A DNA stretch of 64,000 bases from a virus, in the IMG/VR virus record IMGVR_UViG_3300020183_000033, positions 25,972-89,971 of that record, one strand, 5' to 3'. A program made the translations under genes and the position numbers. The notes below the pieces were generated by a model that saw only the letters and a list, made by a program, of their open reading frames with translations, made no database searches and was not told the DNA's origin. Of the stretch, positions 7,669-17,170 are shown piece by piece (the first letter of the stretch is position 1; every line of letters starts with the position of its first letter).

Positions 7669-8388
7669 TTAGGAACGAAGCCATTCCGTTTGTAGAACCG
7701 CAGATGACCCGCGGGTCATCTGCCTTAAAGGCACGCCATTCGCTCTGAGGATCTTGACCACATTTGAACCACGCCATTGGCAACCGAACCTCGTTAGGAT
7801 TCCTTCCCTGTTCAACTCTGTAGCGATACGGTTGGCGGTGTACTTCGGCTTCTTAATGTCTGTCAGGATTCGCTTGAGAATCTCTTCTTCCCCGTCTTTT
7901 TCGCCGTAGGTCTTTCTTCCTTCGCACTTCCCTTTTTTGACCCTTTGCCGCACCCTGGCTCCTCGCAGCTTAAGAACCAGCATTTCCTTTTCGTATTGAT
8001 GGAAAGCTCCGAGAACAGTCCTCATCATCTTTCTAGATGGATCATCAGAAGCGAGATCGGGTTCTTGAACGGAGATGACCTGTATGCCTCTGGTTTTGAA
8101 ATCCCGAAGAATGGATTCCTGAACGAACTGATCCCTAGCCAGTCGGCTGAGATTCTCTACAAGAACCGTTTTCGTTCCATTGGCTAAGAGAGCCTCCAGC
8201 AATTGAGTGAAGACGGGTCGTTGAAGGGGAAAGGTCGTTCCGCTAACAACTTCCTCGTAGATTGTTCCTAAACGGAGCTTGTTGGTTTTTGCGTAGTCCT
8301 GGATGGCTTTCCTCTGCCTTTCAAAGCCATCGCCGCCTTCTTGCCCCTTTGAGCTCACTCTGAGGTATCCAAACGCCTTTTCGTTCAT
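7669..8388 (-). CDS. Serine recombinase (resolvase/invertase catalytic domain plus short DNA-binding recombinase domain)
   Basis: GYLRVSS catalytic Ser, RQ, VSG....RP.F, SRLARD, C-terminal IA..LN..G..TR.G..W....V..IL. Confidence 0.9.
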   Translation of the reverse strand: MNEKAFGYLRVSSKGQEGGDGFERQRKAIQDYAKTNKLRLGTIYEEVVSGTTFPLQRPVFTQLLEALLANGTKTVLVENLSRLARDQFVQESILRDFKTRGIQVISVQEPDLASDDPSRKMMRTVLGAFHQYEKEMLVLKLRGARVRQRVKKGKCEGRKTYGEKDGEEEILKRILTDIKKPKYTANRIATELNREGILTRFGCQWRGSNVVKILRANGVPLRQMTRGSSAVLQTEWLRS

Positions 8389-8394
8389 AGAGCA

Positions 8395-8423
8395 ACTGTA
8401 CTCTTAACCTCGCCAAAAGTAAA
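8395..8423 (-). promoter_or_regulatory. sigma70-type promoter for the recombinase (leaderless)
   Basis: TTTACT-17 bp-TACAGT, 6 nt before the ATG at 8388. Confidence 0.55.
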
Positions 8424-8570
8424 CGCATCCCGCGAAGCCTGGACCTGCTGGCCTTGGGTTTTTGCGGCAACAAAGCCAACAGGCATCGTCAGTAGACCAG
8501 AACCATAAAAAGTCAATGCAGGGGCGTCAGGGTTAAAGTGGGTTTTCATATCAATCAACCTTATAGAACT

Positions 8571-8676
8571 AGTATAGCGCGAAGTCGCAAAAAAGGCTAG
8601 AACTTTGTTCGCTTTAAAATCAACAACTTTTAGCTAAGTCTTTGATTCTAAAGAAAATCTTTTTTTCTCGTGCGCG
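8571..8676 (-). repeat. Palindromic promoter cassette, copy 1
   Basis: CGCGCACGAGAAAAAAAAGATTTT-CTTTAGAATCAAAGACTT...AAGTTGTTGATTTTAAAG-CGAACAAAGTTC followed by TAGCCT-17-TATACT. Confidence 0.75.
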
Positions 8677-9879
8677 TTACAGTTCCAATTCTTGGTCGTA
8701 GGCGGCAAGTTCGGCGAGGACGGCCCGTCGTGCGGCTTCCGCGCGACGTTTATAGGCCAAACTTAAGCTTGCCGACGATTTCGAATCAATAAACGAAATT
8801 ATCGTTTCGTTTTTCTGACGCATGATCCATTCTTGAGCCGAGACAGCCTTCCAACGACGAGCGTAGAAAAACGATTTCCAAGGAGTGTTTGCGTACAACG
8901 ACTCAATAGAAAGAGCGAACTCTTTACGATCTTCCGTGAATGGAAGAGCCGTAAAAGAAGACTCCAACTCTGCTGCGAACGATTTTATACTCGATTCAAT
9001 TTCTGTCAATCGAGAATGTAGATAGGGTAAATACGTTAAAACTTCAGTTAACTCGCCAGCGCGAATTATGTCAATTAAACTGTGGTCTAGGTTCGCGCGA
9101 GTCACAAGTGCATGAACGGCAACGTACTGGGGCGATTTCACTTTGATACGATTGAAATTGTTGTCAACCAATACGTATCCCTCAGAAGAATCAGGGGAGA
9201 GCGTTTTCGCTGCGTGTAAAATTTCTTCAATGTTGTTTAACGAATAGCGACGAACCAACGCGAGGTTAGCTACCGTATCAATCGACAATTCCTGTAACGT
9301 CACGTTGTTTCGAACGCCAATCAAAGTAAGCGAACCATTGTTGCCGCTCTGGTTCGTGACGATCTGATTAAACTGAGAAGTCAATTCAAACATGTAGGTA
9401 AATTTTGGATTACACGATTTAAAAAAGTAGCCGTTGTCTCCAAAGACCTTCCAGAATAAAGCTCTGAACGTGAACTCATTTACTCCGACGTTTCCTCCAG
9501 CATCAGGAGAACCTTTTGTTGCCACCCACCAGTTGCCGTCATAATGGTACATTATCATCAAAGACCCATCGAGTTTTTCCGCCACCTGAAAGTCATTCCA
9601 GTTAAACTGCTTCTCTCCTTCTGGGTATTCAGTGTAGTTAAAAAATCGGTTAAAGGGATACGCAACAACAGCCCAATCATTTGCGGAGTCAAGAATGACG
9701 CCGCGAGACTCAACAACAACAGGGTGAAACCGATTGTTGTAACAATTGATTTGGTTGTAGGTGAACTGAACAAGATTTGTAAATTCTGGGTGAACCGTTG
9801 TATCAATTCCAAGTTGTCGAACTGCTTCGATGCCTTTATCGCGAAGTAAAGCTTGAAGTTTAAGCGTTGGTGATAACAT
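8677..9879 (-). CDS. rnlA: RNA ligase 1 (T4 RnlA/gp63-like)
   Basis: ESRG.I, FNRFFN, motif I EKLDGSL, TYMFEL, EGYVL, R.KVKSP.Y. Confidence 0.9.
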   Translation of the reverse strand: MLSPTLKLQALLRDKGIEAVRQLGIDTTVHPEFTNLVQFTYNQINCYNNRFHPVVVESRGVILDSANDWAVVAYPFNRFFNYTEYPEGEKQFNWNDFQVAEKLDGSLMIMYHYDGNWWVATKGSPDAGGNVGVNEFTFRALFWKVFGDNGYFFKSCNPKFTYMFELTSQFNQIVTNQSGNNGSLTLIGVRNNVTLQELSIDTVANLALVRRYSLNNIEEILHAAKTLSPDSSEGYVLVDNNFNRIKVKSPQYVAVHALVTRANLDHSLIDIIRAGELTEVLTYLPYLHSRLTEIESSIKSFAAELESSFTALPFTEDRKEFALSIESLYANTPWKSFFYARRWKAVSAQEWIMRQKNETIISFIDSKSSASLSLAYKRRAEAARRAVLAELAAYDQELEL

Positions 9880-9893
9880 TTCGCTTCCTTTAA

Positions 9894-10778
9894 TTAAAAC
9901 TCGAAATCTAGAATGCCACAGTTAAACACAGGAAGTTTAAGCACGTTCCAGCACTCTCTAATCACCTGAGGGCGATCTTCAAATACAGCAATAACGTTGT
10001 ACTTCCCTTCGACGTTCTTTTTGTAGAGATTTGTTTTAACAAGAGAATCCCGACGAGTATCACCTACAGTTCGCATGTGTAGCTCGAAATTTGTCAGGTT
10101 GCATTTATCGTGCAACCACTGGAAAGTATCGTCGTAACAGGCAGTGCTACGGCCAGAAAACACAAAGAGTTTCGTGAAAGGATTTATTGCTAACATTCCT
10201 TTAACAGCCATAAGCACATGTCTACGAACTGAGTCCTGGCCAACTAAAGACTCATCAAATGGGCTACGATTTCCCGAGTCTGCCAGAGTTCCATCGATAT
10301 CAACAATTAAACAATCGGTTAGGTGATTCGGCTCGTAACTCGGGAGGGTACAGTTCTTTGCCATGTATTTGTTATACACATCCGAAATGACTTTTTGCCC
10401 AACACGCTTATGTTCTGGACGATTTTTGTCTCGCTTAACACACTCCCAATAGGACACATAGGTAAAGTCAACAAACTCAACCTCGTAACCCAGATCATCC
10501 AATAACTCCAACAGCTTCTGCAACGTCTTTGGATTTAAATGAGTGTTGTCAACAATAATGTTAAATCCGTTTTTCGCGCAATTTATGATCTGGCAAGTGC
10601 GTTCTTTGTGAACCCAATCCTGGATCTCTGGCGACCAATCGCGATGTCCTACAGTAGAATAAATTCTATCGCGGATCGCGTCGTCGTTGATAATGACTGC
10701 TTCCTTTTCCACTTGGTTTTTTTCAGCCCAGGTGGACTTACCAGAAGCTGGTAGCCCCTTTAAAACATAAGCTTTCAT
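9894..10778 (-). CDS. pseT: Polynucleotide 5'-kinase/3'-phosphatase (PseT-like)
   Basis: P-loop GLPASGKSTW, DD.R, HAD motif DIDGTLA, SGR, L.MR..GD.R.D..VK, FEDR. Confidence 0.92.
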   Translation of the reverse strand: MKAYVLKGLPASGKSTWAEKNQVEKEAVIINDDAIRDRIYSTVGHRDWSPEIQDWVHKERTCQIINCAKNGFNIIVDNTHLNPKTLQKLLELLDDLGYEVEFVDFTYVSYWECVKRDKNRPEHKRVGQKVISDVYNKYMAKNCTLPSYEPNHLTDCLIVDIDGTLADSGNRSPFDESLVGQDSVRRHVLMAVKGMLAINPFTKLFVFSGRSTACYDDTFQWLHDKCNLTNFELHMRTVGDTRRDSLVKTNLYKKNVEGKYNVIAVFEDRPQVIRECWNVLKLPVFNCGILDFEF

Positions 10779-10786
10779 ACAACTAT

Positions 10787-10843
10787 ATTATAACGCGACT
10801 AAAAGAAAAATACAAGAACTTTATTTACTTTAGAATCAATGAC
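10787..10843 (-). repeat. Promoter cassette half-copy 2 with sigma70 promoter for pseT-rnlA
   Basis: AGTCATTGATTCTAAAG...AAAGTTC then TTGTAT-17-TATAAT, 8 nt before the ATG. Confidence 0.7.
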
Positions 10844-10847
10844 TCAA

Positions 10848-11429
10848 TCAACTAAATCCAGTAGCATCTGGTACAGTTAAAGGTTTAAATTTAACGAACC
10901 TACCAACGTTCCTCGTGTGAAGTGCACGCTCCACAATCTGTTTGCAGACATCTTCAAATAAGATCGGGGTGTAGTCGATTTTTTCTACACAAACATTTAA
11001 ATAGCGAGTATCTTCTAAACTGTTTGTGTGGGTGTGTCCGTGAATGTTACAACCGAAGTGATATAGATTGGCTTCATGTACAGGAATGTGAGTCAGTAGA
11101 AAACCATTTATTAAATGAGAGCCACGAATATCGCGGAAGTATGGAGTGTAATCAGATAACTCGAAAATATCACGATTACCTCTGATAAGAACCTTATCGC
11201 CGTTTAATCGACTCAAAATCCGCAAAGAATTTCTAGAAATCGCCACATCCCCTAAGTGATACACCTTGTCGTTTGGCCGCACGGTTTCGTTCCAGCGATC
11301 GACCATGAACTCGTCCATTTCTTCACCAGAAGAAAATGGACGCGCAGGAGAACCGTCTTGTAATTTAAATTTCGTACAAAGATTCTCATGACCGAAATGT
11401 GTATCACTTATTAACCAAACTGATGGCAC
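10848..11429 (-). CDS. Calcineurin-like metallophosphoesterase
   Basis: SDTHFGH, WN..V...D.VYHLGD, GNRD (normally GNHD), THIP, HGHTH. Confidence 0.85.
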   Translation of the reverse strand: MPSVWLISDTHFGHENLCTKFKLQDGSPARPFSSGEEMDEFMVDRWNETVRPNDKVYHLGDVAISRNSLRILSRLNGDKVLIRGNRDIFELSDYTPYFRDIRGSHLINGFLLTHIPVHEANLYHFGCNIHGHTHTNSLEDTRYLNVCVEKIDYTPILFEDVCKQIVERALHTRNVGRFVKFKPLTVPDATGFS

Positions 11430-11520
11430 AAGTACTCCTCGAACAACAGACTTCTATAAAAGCTTACTGTATATTCATCATTACTATAACAAGAATCACG
11501 TAGCTTTTAGGTATAACATG

Positions 11521-11715
11521 TTAATCACTGCAACCTTTAATTATAAATTCTTTGAAATGATTGTATTTATTTAAACGAGTATTTTCGCTTTTAGGGATTA
11601 TATCCACAAATTTAGCTGTCTGAGGACAAACCGCAAGGAAATTTTCGACTTGTTCTTTTGTCATAACATTTTTCTCGTGAAACCAGTTTGGTTCGTCGTA
11701 CGGTAAATTCGCCAT
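11521..11715 (-). CDS. Hypothetical protein
   Basis: 64 aa with GAGGT SD. Confidence 0.5.
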   Translation of the reverse strand: MANLPYDEPNWFHEKNVMTKEQVENFLAVCPQTAKFVDIIPKSENTRLNKYNHFKEFIIKGCSD

Positions 11716-11736
11716 TGTTAACTAAACCTCTGTTGG

Positions 11737-12807
11737 TTAAACAAATTTGTGTAGACCTTGACTATTAACAGTTTTTGTTTTAGTAATCTCAACAGCGTAT
11801 CCTTCAGAATTCTTGAAAATTAGTTGACCTCCTCTAAATGAACCTGTTATTAAATCTTTATTAGAAAATGACACCATGTATTCAGAATTACCTGACGGTA
11901 AAGAAAAATCATATTTCTCAATTTGAATTGGATCCATGTAATATTTATAATAATCAGTTCCAGTATCTATAAAATTTCCATCTTTGTAAAATTTGAGATT
12001 ATACTCTGCTAAGTTGTCACAGTTCTGTGGTTTGACGTTTAGAATATCAATCAACTCAAGCGGAGACTCGTTATAACGATTAACTTCCTCTACAATACCC
12101 TGTAACATATCGAAATTAAATTCAGAATACATGCTTGTGGTAGCGATTAGTTCATCAAGATGACGTTTATACTTAAGTTTGTCAACACAATATTCTCGAA
12201 TAAAATTTTCATCAAGTCCATTATATTTTTTCATGTAGAAGATTCTACTGGGGCGATTCAGCATTTGTGGACTGATTCTACTAGAGTCGTTAGATGTCAT
12301 CAGGATGAGTTTCTTGGAGGAGAACAATCCATCCAAAAGAGTCAGTAAGGTATTCTGTGACCTGTCGTTACTTGACAACCTGAAAACTTTTTCAAATTCG
12401 TCGAAAAATAAAACACAGGGTTGTTGAATACTTTGAAGGAACATAACGAACTCAGTGTCATCATACTCATCATTAATAAGGATAACAGGACAACCAGCCG
12501 CCATTGCATTTACACAAACTTTCTTTGCCAGAATGGTTTTTCCTGAACCCTTCTCCCCTGTCAACAATACACCAGTCGGCTGAAGACGTTGATTAAATGT
12601 GTTCAGAATGCGGTCAGCAAACTTATTGACATCGCCATATAACTTCTCTGGAATATTAAAGGATTCAATTTCTTCTAGAAAGAATCTCGCAACCTGAGCA
12701 TCATATTTTAAAACGAAAACTTTGGGAGGAAGTTTTTCCTCGATGACATAGTTCGCTCTGTTCTGAAGAAAATATCTGCTACCACTTTTTTGATAAAAGG
12801 TTTCCAT
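11737..12807 (-). CDS. AAA+ ATPase
   Basis: GVLLTGEKGSGKT, LFFDEFEK, LLTLLDG, TSN, NRPSRI. Confidence 0.85.
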   Translation of the reverse strand: METFYQKSGSRYFLQNRANYVIEEKLPPKVFVLKYDAQVARFFLEEIESFNIPEKLYGDVNKFADRILNTFNQRLQPTGVLLTGEKGSGKTILAKKVCVNAMAAGCPVILINDEYDDTEFVMFLQSIQQPCVLFFDEFEKVFRLSSNDRSQNTLLTLLDGLFSSKKLILMTSNDSSRISPQMLNRPSRIFYMKKYNGLDENFIREYCVDKLKYKRHLDELIATTSMYSEFNFDMLQGIVEEVNRYNESPLELIDILNVKPQNCDNLAEYNLKFYKDGNFIDTGTDYYKYYMDPIQIEKYDFSLPSGNSEYMVSFSNKDLITGSFRGGQLIFKNSEGYAVEITKTKTVNSQGLHKFV

Positions 12808-12852
12808 TATTTTTTTTCCTTACTTTTAAATTTCGTAGAAAAGAAAACAGTC

Positions 12853-15021
12853 TTACTTAACTATCTTTTCAATAAATGAGTTGATCATCGTCCGCTTCTG
12901 TTTTTTGTTATTGTTAACCCAAGAAAATGTATTTTTTAAATCTTCCATGTCGGTCACCTGGATCTTACCGATATCCTTCACCTTCTTGAAGGCGTCAGTC
13001 CCGATAATGTACATTTCATCAAACTCCATGACAGCCTTCTTTTCGACCCTGTAATTGCCGCTCATGTAAGGATCAATAAAGAAGTTCACAAACGATACAC
13101 CCTTCAAACGCTTCTTCATCAGGTTCAAGAACGCAGCAGGAACCAGCAGAGAACAGTTGTTTTGGATAACAGTTCCCTTGTACTTCTCATCAAGATACGA
13201 AGACGAAACCCTTGACTTCGTTTTGGGGTCCACAAGAACGGAGTGAGTAATATTACTACCGTAACTATAGTAGTTGCTCATCGAGTACTTATCGCAAGAG
13301 TGAGTGTCGCCACCATCAGTCAAGAACACAACATTAACAATCTCCGCGCGAGTGTTACGACGGAAGCGATTCACAACAGCTTCCAAGGTATTGATAGCCA
13401 TTACCAGCGGAGTGCCTCCGAGAGGAAACCAATCAATCCGCTTCCACTTCGGAGAGAGAAACAAATCAAACATGTCAACGAACTGCTTGTTCGTCATGTT
13501 GCTCGAGAAAAGTTCGATCAAAGCAAACTCATATTCGGTAGTACTTTCTGGCTTTTCTTTGAACTGAACGAACTCTTTGGCACCTTTCTTGATAGTTCTT
13601 TGATGCAAGTAACCAATCGCATGATGGTTATCAGTGAATCCGTATACAGAAGCAGGAATCCCACAATTACGGCAGAACGACAAAACTTCCATCAACTGAG
13701 TTAGCGTCTCACGGAAGTACTTATTCATCGAACCAGACATATCCAGGTAGAAAACGATCCCGTGATTTTTACCTTTCTGACGGACCTGAGTCGTGAGGAA
13801 AACGTTTTCATCAAATTTGTAATTAGGAAGTGCGTTCATATTAAGGCGGCCAGTCTTGAACTGAAGTGTGTTTTTGTACTCAGTCGCCTTCTTCTTCATA
13901 TCGAACATCTTCGTGTAGTAAGCGATAGAAGCTGCGTGATCCTTGCTGAATTTCTTGTAGGAAGCAGCAATCGAACTCAAGTCCATTGGTTCTTCTTCGC
14001 CTTGAACTTCGGTGACTCTGTTGCAACCATAGTATTTATCAAACACGTGTGTCTTAAGGTACGTGCGGAGCTCTTCGTTGGTGATTAAGATGTTCTCAAT
14101 AATCGGCTCAGGCAGTTCATAGTAAGTGTTCTTGACTTGAGCTTCTGTCTTCGATTCAAGAAACTTTTTCATCTTTTCTTCGACTTTGTTCGTGTACTTG
14201 CTCTCGAACGAACTTGCCTTGCCTTTTTCCTTTAAAGGTTCAGGTGAAGCTTCGCCGACTGGTTCTGATTTATTTGAATCAGTGGCGGACTCAGATTCTT
14301 CTTCTGATCCTTCGCCTTCAGAAGACTTGCCGTTGCTGCCAGTCTTTTGTTTTTTTTGTTGGTCTTCAGAACCACCAGAATCCTTTTGCTGACTCTTGCG
14401 TGTTTCCGACTCTTCTTGCATCTGGCCTTCAGGTGAAGACATCATCTGCTGGTCGCTGTTGAACTCTTCTTCACACAGACCGTAGATCTCGTTTGTCAAC
14501 GCCACGACGTCTTCGAAGGTTTCGCAATTTTCAACTTTATTCACCAACTGCCAAAACTGATCGTCGGTTTCAAACGGAATCTTGCCTGGAATCTTGAAGT
14601 GGAAATTGATCTTGTCAATCAGCGTCATCTGGCTGGGATCAAAACCTTTTGTGAAAATACCACGTTCAAAGAGTTCCTCGTAACCAAAGTAGAAAACTTT
14701 GCGCATACCAGGATACTTTTTCTTTACTGCGCGTTCGATGCGTGGGTCTTCAATCACGTTCATGACGGTCTTGAAAACATTCTTGTTTCCGTTGAAGGAT
14801 TCAATTGCGGAGACCCACGCATCAGAAGGAGTATAAAGAGCGTGACCGATTTCGTGGCCGATAAGCATCTCAGTTTCCATTTCACTGAGATCTTTCCAGG
14901 TCGGCAGGACTAGGGTGCGGTTTTCTGTATCGAAATAAGCAGTAGGAACGTTTTGCTGCTGTATGTCGATATCTTCGGTTGCCATTAACTTCGCTAGCAA
15001 CTCAGTGCGTTCATCAAGCAT
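12853..15021 (-). CDS. CobT-like protein: N-terminal HEXXH metallopeptidase-like domain, acidic linker, C-terminal vWA domain
   Basis: HEIGHALYT, NVIED.RIE, MIDAS DMSGSM, GGTPL, FLTDG. Confidence 0.85.
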   Translation of the reverse strand: MLDERTELLAKLMATEDIDIQQQNVPTAYFDTENRTLVLPTWKDLSEMETEMLIGHEIGHALYTPSDAWVSAIESFNGNKNVFKTVMNVIEDPRIERAVKKKYPGMRKVFYFGYEELFERGIFTKGFDPSQMTLIDKINFHFKIPGKIPFETDDQFWQLVNKVENCETFEDVVALTNEIYGLCEEEFNSDQQMMSSPEGQMQEESETRKSQQKDSGGSEDQQKKQKTGSNGKSSEGEGSEEESESATDSNKSEPVGEASPEPLKEKGKASSFESKYTNKVEEKMKKFLESKTEAQVKNTYYELPEPIIENILITNEELRTYLKTHVFDKYYGCNRVTEVQGEEEPMDLSSIAASYKKFSKDHAASIAYYTKMFDMKKKATEYKNTLQFKTGRLNMNALPNYKFDENVFLTTQVRQKGKNHGIVFYLDMSGSMNKYFRETLTQLMEVLSFCRNCGIPASVYGFTDNHHAIGYLHQRTIKKGAKEFVQFKEKPESTTEYEFALIELFSSNMTNKQFVDMFDLFLSPKWKRIDWFPLGGTPLVMAINTLEAVVNRFRRNTRAEIVNVVFLTDGGDTHSCDKYSMSNYYSYGSNITHSVLVDPKTKSRVSSSYLDEKYKGTVIQNNCSLLVPAAFLNLMKKRLKGVSFVNFFIDPYMSGNYRVEKKAVMEFDEMYIIGTDAFKKVKDIGKIQVTDMEDLKNTFSWVNNNKKQKRTMINSFIEKIVK

Positions 15022-15027
15022 ACAACT

Positions 15028-15121
15028 ATGATAATACGGCCATCGAAAAAAGTAAAGAACTATATTCCCTTTAGAATCAGTAGTTTACCTGCAACTCGTT
15101 CATTCTAAAGGGAATGTAGTT
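15028..15121 (-). repeat. Palindromic promoter cassette, copy 3 (drives the cobT-like gene)
   Basis: 22-bp arms AACTATATTCCCTTTAGAATCA / TCATTCTAAAGGGAATGTAGTT (15058-15121), then TTTACT-17-TATCAT, 6 nt before the ATG. Confidence 0.85.
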
Positions 15122-15151
15122 TTTTCGTTCACCTTATAATATGCATGCATG

Positions 15152-15258
15152 CGCGCGAGAGAAAAAAAGATCTCCTTTAGAATCAGTGACTTAGCTGCAA
15201 GTCGTTGATTCTAAAGGGAATATAGTTCTTTACTTTAATGGTTCGTCCGTGTTATGAT
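15152..15258 (+). repeat. Palindromic promoter cassette, copy 4
   Basis: CGCGCGAGAGAAAAAAAGATCT-CCTTTAGAATCAGTGACTT-agctgc-AAGTCGTTGATTCTAAAGG-GAATATAGTTC then TTTACT-18-TATGAT. Confidence 0.85.
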
Positions 15259-15264
15259 ATATGT

Positions 15265-15519
15265 ATGAAGTTTGATAAAACGAAGTTTACGTATCACGGC
15301 GGATACCTGATGTACGGAACGCAGTTTGTGGCGCGATTCAAATATCGTGGCCCTGTGACAATGGCTCGCTTCAAGGCTGTATTGCTGAAGTATTACAGCA
15401 CAGAAAACTACTTCGCTCGCTTGAGTGCTGGCGCGACTCCGCTGGGAATTTTGACAGAAGACGGCCACCTGAATTACACTAAAGGAAAATTGGTCCTCGA
15501 CGGAAAGGTTTTGAACTAA
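15265..15519 (+). CDS. Hypothetical early protein
   Basis: MKFDKTKFTYHGGYLMY...FVARFKY; start moved to 15265 because the annotated ATG at 15238 lies inside the promoter. Confidence 0.65.
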   Translation: MKFDKTKFTYHGGYLMYGTQFVARFKYRGPVTMARFKAVLLKYYSTENYFARLSAGATPLGILTEDGHLNYTKGKLVLDGKVLN

Positions 15520-15522
15520 AAC

Positions 15523-15584
15523 CGCAAGCTGTTGAAAACAGGGCGAATATAGTTCTTTACTTTTCGCCTTCTCCGTTTTAGAAT
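15523..15584 (+). repeat. Degenerate half cassette, copy 5, with sigma70 promoter for the cobS-like gene
   Basis: GCAAGCTGTTGAAAACAGGGCGAATATAGTTC-TTTACT-17-TAGAAT. Confidence 0.7.
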
Positions 15585-15602
15585 TGATATATTAAGGAAA
15601 TT

Positions 15603-16805
15603 ATGAACCCCAAACTGACTGAATTTATTGACGCGCTCCGCGCTGCCTTCCCTGACGCTGAAACTGTTTATCGTCCTGCAGTAGACCAAGTTTTCGAAGC
15701 AACTCGTAACGCAAAGGGACGCACCCTTTTTTGCACAACTCCTGAGTTCAAGTTGTCTCGTGGAATTTATCGTATTCCTAAGGTGGGAGAAGTCATTTCT
15801 CAGTCTGTAGCTGCTGCTCCTGTTCCTGTTCCCGTCGCCCAGGCTAGTTCCGCTAACGCAGAAATGGTTATGGCTCTTAAACAGCCGATCGAGTTCCCGA
15901 ATCGTTCTCTGATTCCTTCTGTTGACAAGGACTTCGTTCCTTTTGGTGATTTCCGTCTAATCTTAAATTTCTTGAAGTCGGATATGTTTTACCCGATTTT
16001 TATTTCAGGCGAGTCAGGTAACGGTAAAACCAAGATGGTTTACGAGGCTTGCGCGAAGGCTAGACGCGAGTTAATTCGCGCTAACATTACCGAGACCACA
16101 GACGAAGACGATCTGATTGGCGGATTCCGTTTGGTTAACGGAGAAACAGTCTGGCAGGACGGTCCTGCGTTGGAAGCGATGAAGCGTGGCGCTGTATTGC
16201 TGCTTGACGAAGTCAACCTTGGTTCACCAAAGATCATGTGCCTTCAGCCGATCTTGGAAGGCAACCCGATTTTCGTCAAGAAAATCTCAAAGCTTGTTCA
16301 ACCTGCTCCTGGCTTCACGGTAATCGCTACTGCCAACACAAAAGGCAAAGGCTCAGACGATGGTCGCTACATCGGTTCGAACATTTTGAGCGAAGCGTTC
16401 CTTGACCGTTTTGCTGTCACAATCGAACACGATTACCCAACAAAGGTTGCTGAGTTAAAGATCCTCGAGAACGTTCTCCAGCGCGAATCGATTCTTAACA
16501 AAGACACACAAGACTTCGCTGCTAAGCTTGTTGAATGGGCTGGTGTTGTTCGCGCTACCTTCAAGGAAGGCGCCATTGATGAAGTCATCACCACTCGTCG
16601 TTTGATTCACATCCTGAACTTCTATGCCTTCGGCAAGCAGAACAAGATGGCCGCGATTGAATATTGCACTTCCCGCTTCGACGAAGAAACCAAAGCCTCT
16701 ATCCGTTCCCTTTATCAGAAGGTTGATGACACTATTGTTCTGAGTCAAGAACAGCAGGGTGATCAGTCGGTTGATGAAGACGAGCTTCTCCTTTCTAATC
16801 TTTAA
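15603..16805 (+). CDS. CobS/MoxR-like AAA+ ATPase
   Basis: FYP.FI.G.SGNGKT, T.ETDEDDLIGGFRL.NG.TVW.DGP, LLLDE, ANTKGKGSDDGR, AFLDRF, I.TRRL. Confidence 0.9.
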   Translation: MNPKLTEFIDALRAAFPDAETVYRPAVDQVFEATRNAKGRTLFCTTPEFKLSRGIYRIPKVGEVISQSVAAAPVPVPVAQASSANAEMVMALKQPIEFPNRSLIPSVDKDFVPFGDFRLILNFLKSDMFYPIFISGESGNGKTKMVYEACAKARRELIRANITETTDEDDLIGGFRLVNGETVWQDGPALEAMKRGAVLLLDEVNLGSPKIMCLQPILEGNPIFVKKISKLVQPAPGFTVIATANTKGKGSDDGRYIGSNILSEAFLDRFAVTIEHDYPTKVAELKILENVLQRESILNKDTQDFAAKLVEWAGVVRATFKEGAIDEVITTRRLIHILNFYAFGKQNKMAAIEYCTSRFDEETKASIRSLYQKVDDTIVLSQEQQGDQSVDEDELLLSNL

Positions 16806-16823
16806 TAGATGTTGTTTCCATTC

Positions 16824-16851
16824 AGGCTGGGCTTCGGTCCAGCCTTTTTTT
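16824..16851 (+). terminator. Rho-independent terminator
   Basis: AGGCTGGGC-TTCG-GTCCAGCCT followed by a T-tract. Confidence 0.85.
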
Positions 16852-16880
16852 GTTGATAAATACGTTGAGAGGTTATCTAT

Positions 16881-17165
16881 ATGCCACGTTATGATTACTA
16901 TTGTTCCAATGAAAAATGTGGGACAACCTTCGAACTGTTTCTTCCTATGTCAAGGGTAGACGAACCAACACAAAAGCCTTGTCCTTCTTGCAACTACAAA
17001 ACAATTTTAAGAAAAACTGCTGCCCCGTTAATTGGCGATCCTGTTCGTATGGGCGTCACCAAGCCGCCAGCAGATTTCAGCAAATACGTTCTTGGCAAGA
17101 TCAAACAAAAACACCCCAATCATTCTATGGGCAACACAAAAATAAATCACGCTAGAGATATCTAA
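16881..17165 (+). CDS. FmdB-family zinc-ribbon protein
   Basis: MP.YDY.C...C...FE.......CP.C. Confidence 0.8.
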   Translation: MPRYDYYCSNEKCGTTFELFLPMSRVDEPTQKPCPSCNYKTILRKTAAPLIGDPVRMGVTKPPADFSKYVLGKIKQKHPNHSMGNTKINHARDI

Positions 17166-17170
17166 AACAT

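Noticed and set aside
8385-8549. 54-codon minus-strand ORF (MKTHFNPDAP...) between cassette copy 1 and the recombinase
   Set aside because: Has an upstream promoter and may be real, but shows no recognisable features and contains the recombinase promoter, so it was not called
12853-16805. Cobalamin biosynthesis (true CobST chelatase)
   Set aside because: No cobN or other cob genes are present; a generic MoxR-vWA chaperone role is more plausible
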